64,000 nucleotides of DNA. Source: Lepidodermella squamata (lineage: Eukaryota > Animalia > Gastrotricha). The stretch is from positions 558,001-622,000 of the forward strand of contig JBLDXI010000025.1 in the NCBI GenBank assembly GCA_047495785.1. Reading direction: 5' to 3'. Under the pieces are notes generated by a model. The model did not search any database. It was not told where the DNA came from and saw only the letters and a program-made list of their open reading frames with translations. Position 1 is the first letter of the stretch; every line of letters starts with the position of its first letter. Position numbers and translations under genes: made by a program. Positions 1 to 10,895 of this stretch are shown here, one piece after another.

Positions 1-1830
1 GGTCACATGCAACTTGAATGCAGCCATCGTTTCTGAGCGTTACCAAGTCTTGACTTACGGAGCTTTGGCTGAGTATCTTGGAAATGTTTGCTGCTTCAAC
101 TGGACAGTTTCTGGCACGCCGCAGCAACGCCGCATGATGCTGAGCGTGTACTTCAACAAGTCAACGGATGATCTGTGGGACATTCGTAAAATGTGTGAGC
201 GTATCTACAACACAACGGCTTACATCGTGCAGAACGGCGATTCGACGAGCTCCTCCAGCCGGAAGAAGCGTGATGTTGATGATGAGAAGGTTATTGTTGT
301 GCCGTCAAATCGAACGAAACCCAGCGCCGACTGCTCAGAGGGGCAGTGTACCCTGCCGGATGGATGGGAAGAAGACGAGGACGAGACGATTACTTCTGTT
401 ATCCAGAAAACCCAAGCTCTGGGACAGCTTAGTCGCAAAAAACGTGATAGTATGTCAGCCAATCAGCTTTGAAATACTCCCTTAGAGTAGCCGTTTCAAA
501 TTAGAGCGTTCGAGATAATTTAAAAAATATTAATCATGAATACTGAAATTGAGTATTGAAAATTTGCTGATATGATAGCGACTAGACAACCTCGCATCGC
601 GTAAGTAAATACAAATTGCACTAAGCTTCTTTTGCGCTGTAGTAAACACCAAGCTTTTAGCCTGTCATACTGCTGCTAAAGCACGATTTTTTTCTTTATT
701 TCAGTTGAGGTGAACAATTTCATATGGACATGCCCATTGTTGAAGGCCGTAACCAAGGACGCTATGTACCTGCTGACGGCCGATGACATTGTCGCATTAA
801 AACATCTCGACTTCGTGCGCTGTTTGAGCTTCTTCGGCTCGACGCCTTCGCCGAGTCGCAATTTCAGCCTGGCAATTATCGAACGCATCCGAACTGAACT
901 ATCACGATATTTCAGCTGGTGTGATACACAAGACCGTGTTCTGCTGCAACTCGGCTATACGGCGACTATTTTAACCCCGCAGAACATTTCGTGCCTGAAC
1001 ATGACGGATGAAGTTGTCGCTGCTTGGGGTGAAATTGATGCGTTCAATACGTCGCAGCTGCAGGCCATCGCTAATCGTTACATTAATGTCACGCTATCGG
1101 TCAATGGATCGGATTTCGACGTCTACAACATGATGGTGATGGGGCACATATTATGCGGCCTTGATCCCATCTACTTTTCAACGTCGTTCCTGGAAGATTG
1201 GGAATTTGAGTAAGTTCTAATTATTTACTTCTATTTGAAAAGGAGAGGATGAGGGTTTTTTGCTAAAACGGGAAAATACGTCGATAGGCATTCATGCTTG
1301 ATTAAATCGAACGGAACAAGGATTTCATTCTTCTTTCATTTTTTAGAATGCTAGTCCCTGTGATCTCACGTCTGCGAAACTGCAGCTTAGACATGCTGTC
1401 AGTTTTCCTTCAACGAGCTAAATCTGTTCAGCTGTACGGGCCTGTCAGCAAATGGCAAGAAGAGCATTTCTCCGAACTAGGTCTAATGGTTGCTGGTATG
1501 ACTGACGATGAGGCAAAAGCTCTGACTCAGATGCAGCTCCGTTGGCTCGGCGAGTACGTCCTAAAACAGTGGGGCTTTGTCTCCAAACTGACGGCGGACC
1601 AATTGCAGAGCCTACTGCCCGAACAGGTTCGCTACATTTGGCCAGTCGCCGCTGAGGACTCGCCGATTAATGAAACCTTCAGCAAGGAGCAGCTAAATGC
1701 TCTGCTGATTGCTGAATTGGACGATATGTACCTTGCTCCGCCTCCTGGCATGTACTCAGGCGGGACTGTTCTCATCGCATCGATCGGGTTTATTTTTCTC
1801 AGCCTTGCTGTTAAACTTTTCGGTATTTAA
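1..1830 (+). CDS. 3' part of a GPI-anchored stereocilin/otoancorin/mesothelin-superfamily protein; exons <1-449, 705-1209, 1347-1830
   Basis: Introns 450-704 (GTATGT..TTTCAG, phase 1) and 1210-1346 (GTAAGT..TTTTAG, phase 2) join three ORFs in frame. The motif LYGPVSKW..EHFSELGLMVAGM resembles this family's helical repeats. The protein has two RKKR furin sites and ends in a hydrophobic tail (SGGTVLIASIGFIFLSLAVKLFGI) with no cytoplasmic domain. The 5' end lies outside the window. Confidence 0.6.
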
Positions 1831-2180
1831 ACTTTTGCATCTCTCTATTTTGATTTTATTCCGGTTGATGTAAATTTTATTATCTGATCTGAAATTACCA
1901 TTCAAAACCCTGATGATACATTGTAGCAGACTTTCAGACTTTATCTGTGATTCCTAGATTTTCATTATTTTGAGTAATTTCTAATAATAAAACAAAGAAA
2001 AATTCATGGATGAGTTGCTTTTTGGATGTTTGGATGTCTTTTTTAATAAATAATCCATTGCGTTGAATAGTACCCTGCACATTGCTCCGTTCCTGACTGG
2101 GTCGTGTGTAATATTTCATCATCTGCCCTCATTCACTGTAGCACCGTCATATCCTGAGTTGTTTTGCATCGTAGTATGAA

Positions 2181-2262
2181 GGTAGCGTGGCCGAGCGGTC
2201 TAAGGCGCTGGTTTAAGGCACCAGTCTCTTCGGGGGCGTGGGTTCGAATCCCACCGCTGCCA
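2181..2262 (+). tRNA. tRNA-Leu(AAG)
   Basis: Acceptor stem GGTAGCG/CGCTGCC, A box TGGCCGAGCGG, anticodon arm CTGGT-TTAAGGC-ACCAG, long variable arm, B box GGTTCGAATCC. Confidence 0.97.
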
Positions 2263-2265
2263 CAA

Positions 2266-2272
2266 TTTTTTT
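2266..2272 (+). terminator. RNA polymerase III oligo-T terminator of the tRNA
   Basis: T7 run 3 nt after the discriminator base. Confidence 0.8.
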
Positions 2273-2971
2273 AGTTTTATTTTTTTTATTTGATTAACAA
2301 ATTTCACATTTACCGATGTTCGTATTGATTTTGTCATTCCATACATACCGTAATACCGTAATCCGTAATACCGGTTTTACATTTTATCGATTTATTACGG
2401 CTTATTAAGCGGCCATTATCACTTGACAGACCCTTCTGAGATCACAAGCCGCAAACCAACACCACATTATGAGCTATCAAGTGAAAAAGGATAGCAATTT
2501 TTAGCATAGAAAAACGGCGAATTCATAATTGTGCAAATGCACGCTAAGGTAGTTTTTAGCCAAAAAGACAACACGATGCAAGAAGATAAGACTTCAGCTA
2601 ACTGCAGTGCGATCAGTTTTGGCAAATTTGGCTTCAAGGAAATTAACTAGCCCTTTTCATTTGATAGTTTTGATTGATTTTAGCAGAGATTGATTTCATG
2701 ACTGAGGAAATACTGTCAAGTAAAAAGAGGGGATACGTAGACAAATGAATGAGTTTAGAATAATCAATCAGTAACTAATTCCTGATGAGCGGTTGTCTCA
2801 AATTTAGAGTAGATTTAAGCTGCAATTTTCGCAGATTCCCGAAAGGCAGTGCGCAGACTGTTCTTCTCGCATAAAGACACAAGCCGCATGCGATAGAACA
2901 GCTGCGTGTCAATATTGACAGCATAATCACAGGGAACCGATCCCAGTCGACATAAGTTCAGTAGAGATTAA

Positions 2972-4114
2972 ATGATCTTGCAATTTTCAGTGATAATTAA
3001 TTTTGTATTAAGCTTGGCGGTAGGGTTGGACCAAAATTTGCTCGACGTATTCGCCATCAAAGAGCCGCTACTCTACCAATTACTGATCGACTGCCCAGAT
3101 CTATCCCGCCAATCTTACTCACCAACCTGTCCGTTGGGGGTGAGTCGACCGTGCAAACCAACCCATGTGACTGGCAAGTTTTACATGGCTAGTTTTCATG
3201 GGATCGATACCACCGAAGAGTCACTAGTTATCACAGGAAATCTCGAGCTGTACTGGCACTACAACTGTTCGAATTTCGCCCATACAAACAACGCCCAGTT
3301 TTACGCTTGGGACGGCATGATATGGAAGCCACAGGCCTTTCATCGAAACGCACTTCAGAACGTGGGTATGGAAGACTTCACCTCGAGGCTTGTTGTAGAA
3401 ACTGATAGCAGTGGTGAATACTTCACATTCAAATGGCGTCGAAATGGTTTGTTTGTCTCGTCGTGCGATTTAGACGTCACGGATTTCCCATTCGATACGC
3501 AAACTTGCACAGTCGAATTCGACCTTCAGGAGCAGACGAAAGCTGTTGACTTGGGAACCATGAACCTCGCGGCAGCAAAGGGATTCCTTAGTCCTGGGGA
3601 TGAATGGAATTTAATATATAATTCTACGATTAACCTCTACGATCCTGACTACTATCGAGATCGGGTTGTCTATTCATTGACATTCAAGCGGAACCCTAGC
3701 TATTACATTAATAACCTAATGGTCCCACTGGGAGGTTTAGCAATTCTACAGCTCATAGCCTTCGCTCTACCACCAGATGCATCTGACAGGCCTAATATGG
3801 CTGCTGCGATCTTGCTGGCTTTGATTTTTCTTCATGAAGGCATTCTTGATCAAGTTCCTGTGAAGCCGTATAGAGTCTATCTCGGTCTTTATGCGGATTT
3901 GCTGACAGCAACGGCTTGGACATGCACGGCCTACTTTTTGACCATGTGTTTGATTACGAATCATTTCAAGAAGTGGAGTTCTGTTCGGATAAGGCTGATG
4001 GTGGGCAGCTGCTTAGTTGTCAGCAGGGCACGGCTTATAGACGGACTAGTTTTCCTAGCGATGACGGTTTTTCTTTTACTGATTATCACTGCTAGAATCA
4101 CATATTTCGCTTGA
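2972..4114 (+). CDS. Intronless pentameric ligand-gated ion channel (Cys-loop) subunit, orphan nAChR/5-HT3-like, 380 aa
   Basis: Signal peptide, IWKP motif, Cys loop CDLDVTDFPFDTQTC, pre-M1 FKRNPSYY, M1-M4 with a very short M3-M4 loop. AATAAA immediately follows the stop. Confidence 0.92.
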   Translation: MILQFSVIINFVLSLAVGLDQNLLDVFAIKEPLLYQLLIDCPDLSRQSYSPTCPLGVSRPCKPTHVTGKFYMASFHGIDTTEESLVITGNLELYWHYNCSNFAHTNNAQFYAWDGMIWKPQAFHRNALQNVGMEDFTSRLVVETDSSGEYFTFKWRRNGLFVSSCDLDVTDFPFDTQTCTVEFDLQEQTKAVDLGTMNLAAAKGFLSPGDEWNLIYNSTINLYDPDYYRDRVVYSLTFKRNPSYYINNLMVPLGGLAILQLIAFALPPDASDRPNMAAAILLALIFLHEGILDQVPVKPYRVYLGLYADLLTATAWTCTAYFLTMCLITNHFKKWSSVRIRLMVGSCLVVSRARLIDGLVFLAMTVFLLLIITARITYFA

Positions 4115-4762
4115 GTGAATAAAAAATCTGATGAATAAAAAAACGCGAAGAAATCATTCAAAAAAACTGAGCAGGATAGATTGAGGTGTTTCTCACTAAT
4201 CGTAACGAGTAAAAGTGTGATAGATTTTTCTTTGAAGTCGCTGCATCACTTAAATTGAAGAACAATTTGATTGGCCAAGCTGGAGCCATTTATTCTCCCC
4301 TATCTTTCCGATCTTTATCAAGGCCTGTGAACGTGACCTATGAAGCCCTGTGACCTGCGATGAGATGACTCGGCGAAATTATTTTTAAAAGAGCAGCGAG
4401 CACTGATGCATATTATTTAATATTACATAGTTTAATTCTGCAAATCTTCACAGCAATTCTTTCAATCAGAATTTACACCTGGCTCCTGGGTTCTTTTATT
4501 TAACGCGGCCGTTGCCCTGGCTTTCGGAAGGGGGCACTTCCTCCTAGACAGTTGCCAGATGTTCCCCCATTGCTCGCGTCTGGTTTTTCACCGCGGCTCT
4601 CCCGTGTCCCAATTGTATAGGATGGGAGTGATTCTCCGTCGTCATTCTTTAATCGTGTGCAAGATTATTGTACAAAAGTAAGCCCAGTCGCTCCTCCTTG
4701 AAAGCAGTTTTATTCATTTAGTGCTTAATAATACTGTTCAAGTGTTCTAAAAAGCAGTCTTT

Positions 4763-5281
4763 TCAAGCAACTTCTTCTTTCGGACCCTTCATTGTTTCCT
4801 GAATGATGCTTGGAGTCGAAATGCCACAGTCAATCTCGGCGTTGCACTCGTCCGTGCAGCACGTGCAGACAGGCGAAAAAGAAATTGTGTAAGGCGTATC
4901 GTAGCCGCGAACCCAGCCCACCTTCTTATCGGCCGCGCCACCAGTCGCAACTCGATTCGGCTTGTTCAACCTCCGCCGGCACGGCTCAGGGCCCCTGAAT
5001 TCTTCATCATTGCAGATGAATTCAATGTGAACAACTTGGCTGCCTGTTTTGTATGAACTCTCGTCAGTTAAATTAAGGTTGATCGACAATCGCTGGGCGC
5101 AGGTTTTGCAGTCCTCTAGAATCATGAACGAGACATTTGAGTAAACTGTCTCGTTTTTCGTGAAGAACCAAGTTTCCTCGCTGAGTTTCCAAATGTTGCC
5201 ATCGGCTGATCCATGCAGGCAATTTATGGCGTAGCAACAACTCGCAAGCAAAGTTACAGCCAAAAAAAGTCTGCTGATCAT
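4763..5281 (-). CDS. Secreted Cys-rich three-finger (Ly6/quiver-like) protein, paralog A, 172 aa
   Basis: Signal peptide, then INCLHG. Ten mature Cys ending CTCCTDECN. No GPI tail. Clear paralog of 6813-7337. TATAAA about 65 nt upstream. Confidence 0.7.
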   Translation of the reverse strand: MISRLFLAVTLLASCCYAINCLHGSADGNIWKLSEETWFFTKNETVYSNVSFMILEDCKTCAQRLSINLNLTDESSYKTGSQVVHIEFICNDEEFRGPEPCRRRLNKPNRVATGGAADKKVGWVRGYDTPYTISFSPVCTCCTDECNAEIDCGISTPSIIQETMKGPKEEVA

Positions 5282-6812
5282 TTTGTTCGAGAAAAAGGTT
5301 CTAAGAGTAGCAGAGAAATGTTGTCAAATTTAAAAGTCCAGCGCCATTTATAAGCAAAAGACGACTAGTAATCGGATAATAATGTTTTTTGCAGAATATG
5401 CGATGACATTTTTCTAAGTTGCCTCAAAGCCGGATAAATACCATGATTGAAAACAAGGTGGCATTGCCTATCAGTTGGCAACAAGCACGCGTTCGCATTC
5501 GCAGGTGCAGTAACTGCTTCCCTTGAATTCACAGCTTACGGCGGCTACCCATCTTGTAGCCTGTATCACACAGCTCTGAGCTCGTTAAGCTGGCGCAGGT
5601 TGCGGGGTTGATCTTCAGTTTTCCCCTAGTGTTTAGCGAACAAATGCTAGAGTTTTTTCATCAAGCGCACTGAGCTCACGCGACCAAATTTCTACTGATG
5701 ATCAACAACCCCTTTTTCTTATTGAAAAGCTATTGAAAAATATCAAGACGGCACATTGTGAAGCTAAGCTTTTGTAATGCGTTCAGTTTGCTCACAAAAT
5801 TGATCTGCAGGCAGCTTTAATACGCAGGCGGAGCACTGAGCTTTTTCTATCTTATATGTCTCCGGTCGCTACTTCATGGTTGCATATTCACGCAAAATGG
5901 TGGACGTGGAATGGAACTTGGCTTTAGAAACAATCGCAGTTCCGATTCTAATACTTTCGGTATATCAATAACTATTCATTCAAAAGCGAAATTCCAAGAA
6001 GCTATCAGCACTGGCCTGACTTCGCAGCGCATTTGGGTCGGATCTTCTGCATGAATAATTGCTGAATCGAATCTCAACTCAGGCTCAACTCACAACTTGA
6101 ATCGAAATGTCATCTCACTTTTCGCTTTTCCTAAATCTCAGATGTTAGGCTTTAAGGGGTGAAAAGTAATAGGGATAAAACTTGTGGCCTCCCCAAATTC
6201 GTTACTGGTTATTGGTCGGATCATGTCAAAGTCGTTCACTTTCCGTCACGGATTGAGGTATCTTTATAATCTTTTTTTTTAATTCAACACATAACTTGGT
6301 GAAGTCGGAACCACCTTTCACTTGCTCACAATTTGTGTTTGTGCTTCTGGTGGTCACAGCCCTTGAAACACATGGCGATGTAAGATCACTCCATTTCGTT
6401 TGAAAGAGTCGAAATAACTTATCTTCCTTAGACAGGACTAAAAACACACTCCCGGAGTAGGTTCACCATAAAGAGGCCTATAGGACTAGGGTTCAGTTGT
6501 TGAGGTTCAGGATAGAAATGACCCGGGTATTCCTGTTACATGTAGTTTTTGGAAAGTAGTGAAATAGCACCGATCAGTCTCGATAGAATCAAAGTCTTTT
6601 ACTATAGCCGTGAACTACCCGCTACCACGGTCAAGTAAGCTCAAAACTAAGGGACTAATTTCTTTAGCCAGTTTTTACGCTCTTCTTTCATAATTCTCTC
6701 GTAAACAAATGCAATTGAAGTATATTTTTTTCCTTCATTCCAGCTTTAGTTGAAACAAGTTAAAATCAGTTAATAATTTAGTTTCAAGCTATCTTCTCAA
6801 TTCTCAAGCAAC

Positions 6813-7337
6813 TCAGCAGCTCTTGTAGCAGCTATCGGGAGCTGCCATGGATCGCTTAATGATGCTGGGCGTGACGATGCCGCATTCACTCTCAGCGTTG
6901 CACTCGTCTTCGCAGCAAATGCATGTCGGCGATAAAGCTATTGTGTACGGCGACGTGTAGCTTTTTTTCCAGCCTGGTGGCTTGACATCTGCCGCATCGC
7001 CTGTCGCCACGCGGTTCGGCTTCATGATCATGGGCGTGCACGCTTCCGGACCCTTGAACGCATCGAGATCGCAGCCGAACTCGATGCGAATTGCCTGACC
7101 TTTATTCTCGAGCGCCTTCGCATCCGTCGCGTCAATGTCGATGAACACGATCTGGCTGCAGACCTTGCAGTCCTGGCGCACGCTGTACGTTATGTTGTGG
7201 AAGTAGGTCTGGTTGATATTGAAAAATGCCATCTCGTCCTCGCCGCTTTGTCGGCCATGGGCAGCGCCATGCAAGCACTTGATTGCCAGGCTGCAGCCCG
7301 CCATTAGGCTAATTGCCATAAAAAATCTGGCCAGCAT
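6813..7337 (-). CDS. Secreted Cys-rich three-finger (Ly6/quiver-like) protein, paralog B, 174 aa
   Basis: Signal peptide, IKCLHG, DCKVC, CICCEDECN. Shares KPNRVATG.AAD.K, TPYTI/SPYTI and CGI.TPSII with paralog A. Two extra C-terminal Cys. Confidence 0.7.
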   Translation of the reverse strand: MLARFFMAISLMAGCSLAIKCLHGAAHGRQSGEDEMAFFNINQTYFHNITYSVRQDCKVCSQIVFIDIDATDAKALENKGQAIRIEFGCDLDAFKGPEACTPMIMKPNRVATGDAADVKPPGWKKSYTSPYTIALSPTCICCEDECNAESECGIVTPSIIKRSMAAPDSCYKSC

Positions 7338-8118
7338 TTTCCGAACACTGAAGTAAACCTAAAAATGATGAATACAAGTCATAAATTCAGCGCAAGGAGC
7401 ATAAAAGCGCCAGGGGAATGCTAGTAAGTTTTGAGTAAATTACGACAGTTGGAAATTACTCTCAAAATGTCTCAAAATGCTGCGCAAGCATGAGACCTCG
7501 CGCTGTTAGCTTAACGCTATAGGCCTGTCGTACTTTTATGCACCGATCAGTTCTAGTAGACAAAAATGGCAGATTCACAATCCATTTTATAGGCCTGTCT
7601 TTCCTTTTTGCAGGTTAATGCCAACGCACTTGGGCCCATTCGGAGAGAGGATTACGCACCTTGATGCTCGCTCGGCCGCTACACTTTTCAAGCGATTATC
7701 CGTATAATCTCGTCGATTTCTGAATCAGTTTTACTAAAGCTGGCGGCGATCTACATAGCAGGCGTAGAAATTGAATTGAAAGCGTGTTTCGTGATCAATG
7801 CATTTTAAGACTTTTCTTGGGGAGTAGCAGACAATTTTCGGCACAAACAACGGCTTTTATGTCTATTATCTGCATATAATATTTTGGTCTAATAGTCAAC
7901 GTGGTTGGCGCCGGGAGATTATCCTTCATTCGCCTTTGAGCACCTGTCCAAGAGGCTTACGTTTAATGGATTCTCCTAATCCAAAATGCCAATTTCAGTT
8001 CAACGCATATTTTGTCATTTGGGCTAATTCTCCGCGACTTCAGAATTTCAAGTTTAATTTTATTATACCTACTATTTATTTTAACGAAATGGCGAAATTC
8101 ACAAATCATAGTTATTCG

Positions 8119-9281
8119 CTAATAAAATTCCTGGGACTTTTTCAAAAGATCGGCAATTTCTCGATGTTGCATGTTCGCGGCGAACAAATATGCATTCCAT
8201 CTGTTGATATTGACTGCAGTGGCATCAGCCCCTCGTTCGAGCAAATACTCAACCAGAGGCTTATTGCCATTCAGCGCCGCCATCATCAACGGTGTTGTGA
8301 AGTAAATCGCCTCCGCGACATTGACATTCGCGCCCCGTTCGCCGACTAAAATCTTCGCGATCTCCAGCCGATCCGTAGAATTGAAGCTTGGGCCTGAGCA
8401 AGATGCAAGCACATGTAGGAAGGTTACATTTTTGTAAGCACCAGTGCATAGCATTACAATAGCCCTGTTCCGCGAATTCGGGTTGAATGTCTCGCCAGAG
8501 TATGTGTCGTAACGATTCAATTCGAACCTGAATGACAAGGCTGTTGTGTTTGACTTGAGAGCTGTGAAGATGTCTCCCAGAGCTACGGAGCTCGAGAAGG
8601 GATGATCAGTCCTGTAGGGATTGCTGTTAGCAGTTGCGTATCGATTGATGTTTCCGTATCTCTTGCATGAGCCAGGTGGTGACCAAAGGCCATTGGTCTG
8701 GCAAGTAATGTCAGGCTGTGTTGCTACGTAACCAGATTGGCAGATCAAGTTCATCTTCAGAATAGTTGGCGAGGTTATCGACTTTAGCCAAGATCCATTC
8801 GGAACCATAGGCAACGCACCGCAACCTAAGTATTCCGATAGAAAGTAAAAACAGATGATTCTAGAAAGTGTCATTGACTCGGCAGACGTTAAATATTCAG
8901 TTTTTCCATTTCAATTTTCATTTCAAGAACAGATTCACAACTGTTACCTTCTGAAATACAAGAGCCGATAATCGGTGGCCGCCAATTCGGTAGGCAGAAG
9001 CTTGTCGTAGAATTCAGCGAGTAAGTGAAGCCCGGGCGGCAATTGATGACGACCGTTCGCCCAGCAGGAATTCCGAAACCAGGTATCAGTGGCTTCTGAG
9101 GATCATCTTCTGAAGTAGATTCATTCGAGGTTAAATATCCATTCTGAATAACTGGAACATCGCAATTCTACACACGCAGTCTTACTTTAATTTCAAGTTT
9201 CAGTGCCTGCATTCGAAAAATTACCTGTGCTAGGACATTGCCTGAGCAAAGTGCGATGATGGCGATGACTTTGGAAAACAT
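8119..9281 (-). CDS. Secreted sushi(CCP)x2-ankyrin-repeat protein 1, ~327 aa; exons 9281-9225, 9167-8948, 8825-8119
   Basis: Exon 1 encodes signal peptide MFSKVIAIIALCSGNVLAQ. Exon 2 encodes a CCP (CDVPVIQNG..CRPGF..C..W..SC). Exon 3 encodes CCP2 (CGALPMVPNG..CQSGY..CQTNGLWSPPGSC) and ankyrin repeats (TFLHVLA, TPLMMAALNGNKPLVEYLLERGAD, NAYLFAA). GT-AG introns of phase 0 and 1. Confidence 0.88.
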
Positions 9282-9490
9282 TTTTGACGAGTTGAAGAGC
9301 TGAGAATATGTTATTCTTTGTTGGTTTCTTCTATTGCCAACTACCGCCCACGTTTGCGGCGAACGTGCATTCAAAATCCCAAGTTGGAGTTATATCTAGC
9401 ATTTTAATGAGAATAACGCCCACTTAAGGTAATTAGAAAATCTCAATTTTTATTTTCGTGCTGTTCATGTCACGGAGAGAGAGGGTAATC

Positions 9491-10673
9491 TCATGACGTC
9501 ACTCGAGGCCGCAGTAAATCAGTCATTTCGCGGTATCCTGCAGCTGTTGCAATTTCGTAAGCATTAGATCCAAGACCATTCGTAGCCTTAGGATCCGCCC
9601 CTTTCGACAGCAAATACTGAACAAGAGGCAAATTACCAGCCTGCACGGCAAACATCAGAGGCGTCGCTCGATTGTAGTACTCACTAGCATTCACATCAGC
9701 TTTGAAATCATCGACCATCATTTTCACAATTTTTAATCTCTCATTGTTATCAAAGGAAGGGCCAGAACAAGCCGTTGCAACATGAAGAAAAGTTGCATTT
9801 TTGAACCAACTCGAGCAATTGTTAATAAAAACCGGATCCCGCAAATTTACGTTGAAACGAGGGTTGAATCCTGAATTAATTTGATCGACAGCTTGTCGGA
9901 AGGACGTGCTATTAATATTACCCATCAAGTCGTAGTAAAGCTGCCTTTGTGAGAAGGAAACAACATGCATTGGCGGTGGCGGTGCTTCCGTGAATCTTCG
10001 AAGCAATGATACCAAATCAACCTCAGAGTCTGATGCATTGGCAACATATCCGGGTATGGCCTCGCATCGACCTGGCTTCGTCCACATGCGATTTGGCTGA
10101 CAGCTGATTTCAGAAATGCTAGGCTGGTAACCCGTCGTGCAATACAGAGAATATTTGATTTGTCGCCATACTGGCGTCGTTTGCCACCTAGTTTGCCACC
10201 TATCTCTTGTGCTGGTTGTATTTTGAGACTCGCCAATCCACACCCCATTCTCAACTATCGGCAAAGGGCCGCAGCCTGTACAACTGGTGTTTGAAATAAG
10301 ACTGAAATAGATTAAATCAAATCACCTCTAGATGAGGTTGGAATGCAAGCGCCTCGAATGGGCGGCGTCCATGATTGGTAACAGAAAGTTGCGGTTAGAT
10401 TCAAGGAATATCTGTAACCATTTTGGCAACGTATTACAGCCATCCGCCCAGCTGAAACTATGGAACCAGGGTTTAGAGGTTCTGAGCTTTCGGCTCCAGT
10501 TTCCGAGTCTATCGCAGCGAGATAACCGCTTTCTAGTACCGGAACTTTGCAGGTCTTCATTTCAGGAAAGGTTGCAATACACATGATTGATGATGCAAGA
10601 AATTTACCTGCGCAGAAGACAATATTGAAAAGGAACTAAGGCCAATCAGAAAAAGAGCGACTTTCGCTATCCT
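9491..10673 (-). CDS. Sushi(CCP)x2-ankyrin-repeat protein 2, ~359 aa; exons 10673-10608, 10554-10326, 10275-9491; expected start codon reads AGG
   Basis: Same exon structure and phases as paralog 1 (53 and 50 nt introns), open frame throughout, ankyrin motif TPLMFAVQAGNLPLVQYLLSKGAD. No in-frame ATG precedes the hydrophobic signal segment. Confidence 0.75.
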
Positions 10674-10895
10674 TATTCCTGAGGATTTCAAATATTCTGC
10701 ACGTGGTTGGTTTTATGAATAAGAAACACTGGAGTTTTTCAGCTTTTACGTGCTGCTTATTACGTCAAAGGAGAACGTCTTGCTAGGCAAAGCTCATCAC
10801 TGCGCGCTTATTCTTACTATACCAAACGTCAATGGTTTTTCACATCCAGAAAATTCTCTTGTTGTAAAGTTTAGTTGGGAAAAACTAAGAGCAAG

